From: a virus
Lineage: Duplodnaviria > Caudoviricetes
DNA length: 53,608 nucleotides
IMG/VR virus record: IMGVR_UViG_3300032093_000184
Location: 1 to 53,608 of that record
Reading direction: 5' to 3' (one strand)
This document shows positions 30,196 to 37,151 of the stretch, one piece after another (the first letter of the stretch is position 1; each line of letters begins with the position of its first letter). A model generated the notes under the pieces. It did not search any database, had not been told where the DNA came from, and saw only the letters and a list, made by a program, of their open reading frames with translations. The position numbers were made by a program, and so were the translations under genes.

Positions 30196-31361
30196 ATCAG
30201 CACCACTTCTCCGAAAGGTGCAGTGCCCTCATCGGTAGATACCCACAGTACAGGGCAGTTGGGTTCGTTGCCGAAGTCATCACAACACAGGTCAGTCAGG
30301 AACACTACTGCGATAGGTTCGATGCCGTGTTCCTCGATGTACTCAAACACAGGGCTAAACGCAGTACCTCCACCGCCGTGTGGCTTGATGTCTAACTCAT
30401 CATCTACACCATACGATTCGTAGTGGCTCACCTCGCTATCAAAGTACACCACATGGATACGTGTTGGGAACATGTCCTCCTTGACTGTACGAATCTCAGC
30501 AGAGAACTGATTGATAATGTCTTGAGTGATTGAACCTGAGCAGTCCACTGCAAACAACACCTCACCCATCACCTCACCACTGGTGCTTGGTAGGTACATA
30601 CCCTGCGCTATAAAGCGGCGGTTAGGTCTAGCCCATGAGCGGTTATCGTTCTTACACTTGACAAGGAAGCGTTGCATCACATCACGCCAGTCAACCTTAG
30701 GTCTGAGTACCTCGTCAACCAGTCGTTCCATACCTGCACTCAACTTGCCCATCATCTTTGCGGCTTGTGCCGCTTGTGCTACCTTGACTTTCCACTCGGC
30801 TTGCTCTTGTGCTTGCTCGGCTTGTGAACCCTCAGCATCTTCACAGTTGTCGAGAGGGTCGCCATCTCCGCCGTACCCACCACCTCCACCACCCTCATCA
30901 TCTTCAAGGATGTTGTAGATACCATCGGATGTTCCGTTGCCTGCTTGGTAGATAGCATCGCTGAGTAAGCCACGCTCAGGCATCTTGCCAATGTTGTCAT
31001 CGACTAGCAACTTGTTGATTACGTAGTCAGCCGCTTTGTTCCAACGGCGGTGTTGTCTCTCTTGTCTGCGGTAGTTGTGCTCAAGCATCGGATGTAAACA
31101 CTCATGTGCTACAAGGAACTTCAACTCCTCATCTGTCAACTCGCTACAGAAGTCAGGGTTAAACTGCACACGCTTGCCATTCGTTGAGGCAGTCGGTATG
31201 TCACGGCTCAATACGAACGGCATGTTGAGTGCCACAGTACCAATGAACGGATGCTCAAGTATGAGTGCAGTCTTTGCTTTCGCAAGACGTATCCTCATCT
31301 TGGCTTCTTCTTGTGGGGTGATTGGTTTCACCTCCTCTTTAGGCATTACGCTAGTCATCAT
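30192..31361 (-). CDS. Metallopeptidase (HExxH) plus vWA domain protein, DUF2201-like
   Basis: VAHECLHPMLEH; WNKAADYVIN; MIDAS DCSGS; GGGGTAF; FLTD. Confidence 0.85.
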   Translation of the reverse strand: MMTSVMPKEEVKPITPQEEAKMRIRLAKAKTALILEHPFIGTVALNMPFVLSRDIPTASTNGKRVQFNPDFCSELTDEELKFLVAHECLHPMLEHNYRRQERQHRRWNKAADYVINKLLVDDNIGKMPERGLLSDAIYQAGNGTSDGIYNILEDDEGGGGGGYGGDGDPLDNCEDAEGSQAEQAQEQAEWKVKVAQAAQAAKMMGKLSAGMERLVDEVLRPKVDWRDVMQRFLVKCKNDNRSWARPNRRFIAQGMYLPSTSGEVMGEVLFAVDCSGSITQDIINQFSAEIRTVKEDMFPTRIHVVYFDSEVSHYESYGVDDELDIKPHGGGGTAFSPVFEYIEEHGIEPIAVVFLTDLCCDDFGNEPNCPVLWVSTDEGTAPFGEVVLM

Positions 31362-32206
31362 TTACCTCCCATGAAAACGGACATCTTGTCCATGATTGCT
31401 TTGGCTTCTGCCGCTGTATCACGGCGAAGATCGGGGTCGTTACGTAGAGCATCAGGATGCTTGAGCAACGTGGTTTCAACTTCTTGTCGAAGTGTTTCTA
31501 GGTTGGGGTCATCCATGAAGTTCAAGCGAGACAGTAAGTCACACTGTTCACGGATGTTCTCAACCATGCTATCTCGGAAGATAGACTTGGGGTCAGCTAG
31601 TTTCTCAGCCATGTGCTTGACCTTATCGTAGATGCGTTGCCACACCTCGATCATTGCCTTGCTCTGTGCATCAGCAACTCTACGCTCAACGTCTTGTTGG
31701 ATGCGGGACAGTTCCTCTGAAGCTATCGACACACGGAAGTCACTGCTTGGTACAGGGAATATCGCTACGTCAAGATTGAACTTGTTGCCTATGTCATCAG
31801 GACTTGGGTAGTCATTGGCATCGTACAGACCGATAAGTAAACGCTTGGCATCTAGTACCAGTTGGGGATACTCATTACGGAAGTCAGACACAAGGCTATA
31901 CCACTCGTTCTTTTCCTTGCGGAACTCAGTCATAAAGTTGAGGTAGTTGGATGTGGGTAGCATCATCGTGCCATCTAAACCCCACGGCAACGTGTTGTCA
32001 TAGAACTTGGTACGGATGTGTGTTGACTTCTTGTGTACACGATCAAGTAGATCGTTCATTGGAAGCAAGACCTTGTTGTACCGACCCACATCTATGGTTG
32101 TCCCATGAGATGAGGCTACGTCACGTGTTACCCGCTTGTCGAACTTACGAGCAGTCCACTGTGATATGGATAGTTGCACTAGCAACGCTCTATCATTTAG
32201 ATTCAT
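31358..32206 (-). CDS. DUF3150-like helical phage protein
   Basis: Start moved to ATG 32206 (TAGGAG SD); W.ARK.D, TLPW, YP motifs; lies between the AAA ATPase and vWA genes. Confidence 0.65.
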   Translation of the reverse strand: MNLNDRALLVQLSISQWTARKFDKRVTRDVASSHGTTIDVGRYNKVLLPMNDLLDRVHKKSTHIRTKFYDNTLPWGLDGTMMLPTSNYLNFMTEFRKEKNEWYSLVSDFRNEYPQLVLDAKRLLIGLYDANDYPSPDDIGNKFNLDVAIFPVPSSDFRVSIASEELSRIQQDVERRVADAQSKAMIEVWQRIYDKVKHMAEKLADPKSIFRDSMVENIREQCDLLSRLNFMDDPNLETLRQEVETTLLKHPDALRNDPDLRRDTAAEAKAIMDKMSVFMGGK

Positions 32207-32238
32207 ACTGTCACTCCTAGTTGGTTGGTAAAAAGGGA

Positions 32239-32340
32239 GGGATGCAAACCATCCGAGTAACACAGGTTGCAAGACAAAGCCATCTGCATTTTGATGGGAT
32301 GCCTGAGCGGTAGTGTTACGAAGGGAGTAGTCTGCATCCC
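32239..32340 (-). ncRNA. Candidate structured RNA element (long imperfect hairpin)
   Basis: Nested pairings GGGAUGCAGACU/GGUUUGCAUCCC, GUAACAC/GUGUUAC, CAGG/CCUG, CCAUC/GAUGG, followed by UCCCUUUUU. Confidence 0.55.
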
Positions 32341-32345
32341 AAACA

Positions 32346-33332
32346 TCAGAACAATACTTCTTGGTGTTGTATCGACCACTTGGTAAACGCTTGAGTGTTG
32401 GCTAACTCAGGCTTCTTACGTGCCGCATAGCTGATCGTTAGCACACTGAACTCAGGTGGCATACGTTCGGCATAGGTACAAACACGTTCAAAGTTGTTCT
32501 CAGTAGCACGTTCAGCAATAGCACCGCTGAGTGCATACAACGTAGCAGGGTCAGTTGGTACTGCCGCAGTTGTTGGGTTGAGAAGAATGTTGTCAGGGTT
32601 CGGTAGCTTACGGAAGATTTTGATAAAGCCTACGAACTCAGCGGCACAACCCTCACCGACTGCACCTTTGAACGACTCGTACTCTGCTTCAGCAGGCACA
32701 GTACCAAGCACATCAGATACACCCTCTACCCAAGAGCGAGGTGTAGCGTTCTGGTCACGCTGTGGGTCATAGTCATGCAACAAGTTGGGACGAAAGCGAA
32801 TGAACGAAATCAACTCAGGCTTGACGTTGTTCTGTAGTGCCCATGCAGTCCAGTCATCAAGGTGTGTATCGAGATCGTAGACTGTCTCACGATTACGCAA
32901 GTGACCAAGCACTCGGTTAGCACCTGCCCTGTCAGACTGGCGGTTACCAGTGGAGATTACCTGCCATCCATCAGGCATCGGTGTGCCGTGGAGAGTACGT
33001 GCTTGACAGATGTTGGCTAAGACTTTCTGTAGATCACTGCTTGCTTGGTTGCGATAATCGAACAACAGGATGCCACGCTCAGGTGCTTTGCCCTTGACAG
33101 GAAACCAGTCAGGCAACTTGTAGTTCAGCTTGTCCTCTCCGTTGGGGAACAGGATACCGAAGTCCTCCACAAGCATGGTTGGCATGTGACGTTCGATGCA
33201 AGGAACACCGAGTTCCTCAGCAACTTGTTGCACGATGGTTGTCTTACCACCGCCGGGACTACCCTCGATACAGATAGTGCGTTGGATGGGGAATAGAGAC
33301 TTGATTGTCTCCTTAAGTAGGGTGGCTCGCAT
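32346..33332 (-). CDS. MoxR-like AAA+ ATPase
   Basis: Walker A GSPGGGKT; Walker B ILLFDY (atypical); STGNR..D; LRNR; TPRSW. Confidence 0.85.
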   Translation of the reverse strand: MRATLLKETIKSLFPIQRTICIEGSPGGGKTTIVQQVAEELGVPCIERHMPTMLVEDFGILFPNGEDKLNYKLPDWFPVKGKAPERGILLFDYRNQASSDLQKVLANICQARTLHGTPMPDGWQVISTGNRQSDRAGANRVLGHLRNRETVYDLDTHLDDWTAWALQNNVKPELISFIRFRPNLLHDYDPQRDQNATPRSWVEGVSDVLGTVPAEAEYESFKGAVGEGCAAEFVGFIKIFRKLPNPDNILLNPTTAAVPTDPATLYALSGAIAERATENNFERVCTYAERMPPEFSVLTISYAARKKPELANTQAFTKWSIQHQEVLF

Positions 33333-33499
33333 TAGTGGACTCCTCTGTAAAGTCTATGGTCAGGGCCGTAGGAGACTTGTTGTCCCTCGGTTCGGGTTTT
33401 CTTGGCATCAGGCTTTGATGCAAAGTACATTGGATTACCGTTGTCATCCTTGACAATGGCTCCGCTCTTTCTGTGTTTCAGCACAAATAGACGTTTCAT
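33332..33499 (-). CDS. 55-aa basic hypothetical protein (not in the ORF track)
   Basis: AAGGAG SD; MKRLFVLKHRKSGAIV..MYFASKPDAKK..VSYGPDH; TAATG coupling to the ATPase gene. Confidence 0.7.
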   Translation of the reverse strand: MKRLFVLKHRKSGAIVKDDNGNPMYFASKPDAKKTRTEGQQVSYGPDHRLYRGVH

Positions 33500-33508
33500 A
33501 GCAACTCC

Positions 33509-33745
33509 TTAGTTACGATTGAGAGGGATAAACAAACACTCGTATGGATGACGTACCCCTTTAGCGTCAACATACGTTTCACCGCATCCAACAAGCCACT
33601 CAACTACGAGTAGCGTTGTGAACGCTGAGAACAGGAACATGAGTAGGACTGCACCTATCCCACGTAAGACTCGTTTGAATAACGAATCATTGATGGACAC
33701 ACCCATTGGCTTGAGTGGCTTAAACTTGAGTTTGTTTCTGAACAT
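33509..33745 (-). CDS. Small membrane protein
   Basis: GAGGT SD; one TM helix, then EWLVGCGETYVDA.G. Confidence 0.65.
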   Translation of the reverse strand: MFRNKLKFKPLKPMGVSINDSLFKRVLRGIGAVLLMFLFSAFTTLLVVEWLVGCGETYVDAKGVRHPYECLFIPLNRN

Positions 33746-33974
33746 TACTATCTACCTCATCAGTTGGTGGGACAAGTTCTTCGTATGGATTGCCGTTGAA
33801 CATACGAGCAATGGGAACAAAGGCAATGTCCCCCTCCACACGATTGACCATGCAGATGACTGCAACGGCTTCTCCTGTATTGACATCGGTACACTCCATG
33901 AGTGCAACGTCATCGTTATCGAACGCTTTACTCAGCGTCTTGAAGTTGGCAATATGCCCTTGTGCTAGGCTCAT
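33720..33974 (-). CDS. DUF6117-like protein
   Basis: NFKTL..A...DVALMEC.D..TGE...VIC..FVP.A....GNPYE..PP. Confidence 0.65.
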   Translation of the reverse strand: MSLAQGHIANFKTLSKAFDNDDVALMECTDVNTGEAVAVICMVNRVEGDIAFVPIARMFNGNPYEELVPPTDEVDSNVQKQTQV

Positions 33975-34192
33975 CGGTGTGACCCCCCTTTGTTGTTGAT
34001 ACCCTTGAGATCATCCATGTCAGTCAGCAACATGTAGTTGGACTTGTGCATAGGTGCTACTGTAAACTTACGTTGCTTGGCAATCTTCTCCCCACAAGCC
34101 ATGCAAGTGGGTCTTGCCATAGCCCTCCGTTGAGGCTCTACCCTTACGGCATAGCAGGAGACACAGATAGGTAAGTGATAGTCCTCACTCAT
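33971..34192 (-). CDS. Small Zn-finger protein
   Basis: CVSC...CMACGE, followed by PMHKSNY. Confidence 0.7.
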   Translation of the reverse strand: MSEDYHLPICVSCYAVRVEPQRRAMARPTCMACGEKIAKQRKFTVAPMHKSNYMLLTDMDDLKGINNKGGSHR

Positions 34193-34337
34193 ACTGTATC
34201 CCCCGAGGTTTACGCCAGTTGATGCGGCGGTAACTTATGTAGTCATCCCCTACCCTGCAATACTCTACAGAGTGAGGAAGGAACACAGGTAAACGAAAGA
34301 TAAGGCGATGAAGCCATGAATCTACTCTAACAATCAT
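34185..34337 (-). CDS. 50-aa hypothetical protein (not in the ORF track)
   Basis: GGAGGT SD; MIVRVDSWLHRLIFRLPVFLPHSVEYCRVGDDYISYRRINWRKPRGIQYE; overlaps the next start. Confidence 0.55.
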   Translation of the reverse strand: MIVRVDSWLHRLIFRLPVFLPHSVEYCRVGDDYISYRRINWRKPRGIQYE

Positions 34338-34351
34338 AAAGATACCTCCAC

Positions 34352-34381
34352 AAGAATAGGGTGTGAGTTGGACTCACACCC
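34352..34381 (-). terminator. Hairpin, possible intrinsic terminator or processing site
   Basis: GGGTGTGAGT-CCA-ACTCACACCC-TATTCTT. Confidence 0.55.
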
Positions 34382-34387
34382 CTTGTT

Positions 34388-34612
34388 TCATAAGTTGACA
34401 ATGACGAGTTTACGCATGTCACCGAACCGAATCATCACTCCGCTGTAGCCGTCTTGCTTCAGCGTTGATGACTCCCCCTTGCCAACATAACTGCCAGCAT
34501 AACCTGACAATCCCTGTACTACAAAGTCTTTGCCACTACGCCAAGCATCTACTGCTTCAGCCTTGTTCTTGTAGTCACGACCATAAGCAGGAGTTACATG
34601 AAGATGTTTCAT
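34388..34612 (-). CDS. Early hypothetical protein
   Basis: GAGGAG SD; TPAYGRDYK..W..GKDF motif. Confidence 0.7.
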   Translation of the reverse strand: MKHLHVTPAYGRDYKNKAEAVDAWRSGKDFVVQGLSGYAGSYVGKGESSTLKQDGYSGVMIRFGDMRKLVIVNL

Positions 34613-34623
34613 ACGTACTCCTC

Positions 34624-34908
34624 TTAAGCCAACTTAGTAATAGTCACCTTGCTAGGTGCTTTACGCTCAGGTAACAGAGCAACGTAAGGCTTACCAAAAC
34701 GATCACACATAAGTATCGGTGTATCACCAGTTACCTCAGGCTTGAAAACCCTAGGTGTCAACTTGTTCTTCTTCGCAACTTCCAAGATAGTTGTGTAAAG
34801 TTCTTGTGCATTGTCAGCATTGAAGCGACCCTCTGCATCAGGTTTTACAACGACTTCACCTTTGGTGTTGGAGAAGATGGAAACATTACCCTTAAAAATC
34901 ATTGCCAT
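34624..34908 (-). CDS. Early protein, paralogue A
   Basis: AAGGAG SD; aligns end to end with 36032-36331. Confidence 0.8.
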   Translation of the reverse strand: MAMIFKGNVSIFSNTKGEVVVKPDAEGRFNADNAQELYTTILEVAKKNKLTPRVFKPEVTGDTPILMCDRFGKPYVALLPERKAPSKVTITKLA

Positions 34909-34971
34909 GATTGGCTCCTTGTAAAGTAGGTTACTGAAAGTGCGGTAAGCAAAACGCCGACCGCTGAGGGC

Positions 34972-35000
34972 AGACTACCGCCGACCCGAAAAAACGTCAA
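34972..35000 (-). promoter_or_regulatory. Early sigma70-like promoter PE2
   Basis: TTGACG-17 bp-TAGTCT. Confidence 0.7.
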
Positions 35001-35030
35001 GTGCGGCCTCGTTCTCCAAGAGAATAGGTG

Positions 35031-35440
35031 TGTAAAGTATTGTTTAAGGCTGTAAACAATCTAAAAGATGTTGCTAACACAGGTGAACAATCTGTGTCAA
35101 GTTAGGGTGTTACAGATTGTTTGAAAAGGGTTGAAACCCGCATGAATACTGGTGTTGTGGGGTGTGTCAAGTTAAACAATCTAAATAATCTGTGGTTTTA
35201 GAAATGAAGTTGCACACCGCAAAAATAAAAATTTGTAGAGAGCATCTTGCTGAGGAAAGGGTATATAAAAAGTGTAGATTATACAGATTATATAGATTGT
35301 CTCTCTATGGATATTATTTGTAAGTGGTTGATTCCATTGGCTTTTTTAATTGTAAAGTGTAATGTTATACCATCTAAAAAGGGGTAAATTGCGTCAAGTT
35401 ATTTACAGATTGTTGGAAATTCACAGATTATTGTAAAGTT
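35031..35440. repeat. AT-rich non-coding array of AGATTRT/AYAATCT and TGTMAAGT repeats (candidate replication origin)
   Basis: Ten copies of the heptamer, at 35056, 35087, 35114, 35176, 35185, 35276, 35285, 35294, 35407 and 35425. Confidence 0.75.
35321..35333 (-). promoter_or_regulatory. IHF consensus site
   Basis: Minus strand AATCAACCACTTA fits WATCAANNNNTTR. Confidence 0.55.
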
Positions 35441-35603
35441 TCAACAGGTTATAGCCACGAAATTACAGGGAAAGTGTTCACATTGCGTGTAAATCAGGCT
35501 TTAAAGCGAGCCGCGACCCCCCGACGTATGGTTTATATAAGCTATATAAGAGGAATGATCCCCCTTGGTCGTGCTGTGTGGTGTGTGTAAGGTTTTTTAA
35601 GAC

Positions 35604-35628
35604 AAAAAAAGACCCGCTTTCGCGGGCC
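35604..35628 (-). terminator. Intrinsic terminator
   Basis: GGCCCGC-GAAA-GCGGGTC-TTTTTTT. Confidence 0.85.
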
Positions 35629-35633
35629 AGTGG

Positions 35634-35732
35634 TTAGAACAGTGCCATTGCAAGCCATAACAACACGTAAAGTATTGGTGCGATCAGTGCGGCGGCCAGT
35701 ATTGGGTGCTTCTCACAGAATTTTTCCATCAT
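35634..35732 (-). CDS. 32-aa membrane peptide (not in the ORF track)
   Basis: GGAG SD; MMEKFCEKHPILAAALIAPILYVLLWLAMALF. Confidence 0.65.
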   Translation of the reverse strand: MMEKFCEKHPILAAALIAPILYVLLWLAMALF

Positions 35733-35739
35733 TTTCTCC

Positions 35740-35766
35740 AGAAAGAGAGCCACTTTCGTGGCTCTC
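35740..35766 (-). terminator. Intrinsic terminator-like hairpin
   Basis: GAGAGCCAC-GAAA-GTGGCTCTC-TTTCT. Confidence 0.65.
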
Positions 35767-35770
35767 GGGG

Positions 35771-35968
35771 TTAGATCATCTTCAACTTCACCATCTCAGG
35801 CGGTATGCCATCGTCGATCAGTTCTTGTTGGAACCTTACAGCGGCGGCGTCTCGCTTGAAGCATTGAAAAAAGATACTGTCTCCAGCTTGCCAGCGAACT
35901 TGAAACCGATTAGGTTCTTGTTTGCGGGTTTTGCGTGTGCCTTTGTAGGGCAGGATGGTTACCTTCAT
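35771..35968 (-). CDS. Early hypothetical protein, 65 aa
   Basis: Start moved to ATG 35968 (GGAG SD); the longer ORF-track start would run through the terminator. Confidence 0.7.
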   Translation of the reverse strand: MKVTILPYKGTRKTRKQEPNRFQVRWQAGDSIFFQCFKRDAAAVRFQQELIDDGIPPEMVKLKMI

Positions 35969-35989
35969 AGTTTTCACTCCAGTATGGTT

Positions 35990-36021
35990 AAAAAAGAACC
36001 CGGGCACTGTCACTGCCCGGG
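35990..36021 (-). terminator. Intrinsic terminator
   Basis: CCCGGGCA-GTGACAG-TGCCCGGG-TTCTTTTTT. Confidence 0.85.
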
Positions 36022-36031
36022 GTAAAGGCTC

Positions 36032-36331
36032 TTAAGCCAACTTGGTCACTTTAGGACGGTTGGGCTGGTTGCCGTCTCGCTTTGGTAACACCGCGATGTA
36101 CGGGTTGCCGTAACGATTTGCCAACAAGACCGCTTCCGTTCCGCCTTCAGTTAAGAACAGCGAGTACTTGTTAATACTTGCTTTGTTCTTTTTGCCCAAC
36201 TCCAACATCTTTTGATGCAGAGCCGTTGCCTGAGTGCTGTCCCATGCGCCTTCGGGGTCACGCTTGAGAGCGATCTCACCCTTAGAGTTAAGAACAACGG
36301 AAACCTTCCCTTCAAAAGTTCTATTTGACAT
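36032..36331 (-). CDS. First early protein, paralogue B
   Basis: GGAGG SD; aligns with 34624-34908. Confidence 0.8.
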   Translation of the reverse strand: MSNRTFEGKVSVVLNSKGEIALKRDPEGAWDSTQATALHQKMLELGKKNKASINKYSLFLTEGGTEAVLLANRYGNPYIAVLPKRDGNQPNRPKVTKLA

Positions 36332-36353
36332 AGAATCCTCCAGTGTGACCTAT

Positions 36354-36365
36354 TGTTAAAGAGCA
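36354..36365 (-). promoter_or_regulatory. boxA antitermination element
   Basis: TGCTCTTTAACA, identical to the E. coli rrn boxA; preceded by the hairpin GGTAGG..CCTACC. Confidence 0.75.
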
Positions 36366-36420
36366 GGCGGTAGGTCAATTCGCCTACCCTATCAGCGGTG
36401 CGATCACCGCCGACAAATTC

Positions 36421-36449
36421 AGACTCTCACAACTAGACAAAAACGTCAA
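36421..36449 (-). promoter_or_regulatory. Early sigma70-like promoter PE1
   Basis: TTGACG-17 bp-GAGTCT; same layout as PE2. Confidence 0.6.
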
Positions 36450-36639
36450 GTATGCCGTTTTCACTAGGGAATAATGACCACAATGTTCAAAGGGTTATTT
36501 GTTTGGCTCGGCGCTTGTCAAAGCGGGAGGGGGGCACATGGACACGCGAGCGGACGCCCCGCCCCAGTTGTAGTAAACCTCATAAAGCAAGACCCAAAAA
36601 AAGGATCGTGTAAAGTTAGCTAATTTTTTCGGCTACCCC

Positions 36640-36668
36640 TTGACACATCCGTCTATCTGCCATAATCT
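36640..36668 (+). promoter_or_regulatory. Rightward promoter for the packaging genes
   Basis: TTGACA-17 bp-TAATCT (or 15 bp to CATAAT). Confidence 0.65.
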
Positions 36669-36674
36669 GCGCTC

Positions 36675-37151
36675 ATGGACAACCTACCACTTCACCACAC
36701 CAAATGGTCAGACAGGCTGGCGTTCGATATTGCTCTAACTTTGGAAGGTAGCGGAGAGACGCTGCAAGAAGTTATAGGGCGGCATCAGATTTCGTCTACC
36801 GATGTTCTGTCGTTCAATGCTGATCCCATCTTCCTCAAGAAGGTGGATGCCTACCGTGAGGAAATCCGCAGTAAAGGGATGACGTTCAAGCTCAAGGCGC
36901 GTGCGCAAGCTGAAGAACTCCTCACCACATCTTGGATGTTGATCCACGACTCAGCAGTTTCACCCGCAGTCAAGGCCGACCTGATTAAGTCCACGGTTAA
37001 GTGGGCAGGCTTGGAGCCAAAGGGTGAAGTTACCAACGAAGGCAATGGCGGCGGGGTTCGCATCAATATAAACTTGGGCGGCCAACAGCACGCGGTACAA
37101 ATTATTGACGACCAATCTGAGGTAATGGATGCAACTCCCATCGAACATTGA
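36675..37151 (+). CDS. Terminase small subunit (putative)
   Basis: First late gene, upstream of TerL; HTH-like N-terminus, helical core and C-terminal ININL strand. Confidence 0.65.
   Translation: MDNLPLHHTKWSDRLAFDIALTLEGSGETLQEVIGRHQISSTDVLSFNADPIFLKKVDAYREEIRSKGMTFKLKARAQAEELLTTSWMLIHDSAVSPAVKADLIKSTVKWAGLEPKGEVTNEGNGGGVRININLGGQQHAVQIIDDQSEVMDATPIEH

Noticed and set aside
32207-32272. ORF-track N-terminal extension of the DUF3150-like gene
   Set aside because: It runs through the structured spacer; the SD-supported ATG is at 32206
32239-32340. tRNA gene in the structured spacer (also considered for 39010-39082)
   Set aside because: No cloverleaf and no T-loop or D-loop consensus in the right positions
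35031-35440. CRISPR or mini-CRISPR array
   Set aside because: The repeats are only 7-9 bp, occur in both orientations and are irregularly spaced
35630-36025. 131-aa plus-strand ORF in the early cassette
   Set aside because: Antisense to two SD-supported minus-strand genes and their hairpins
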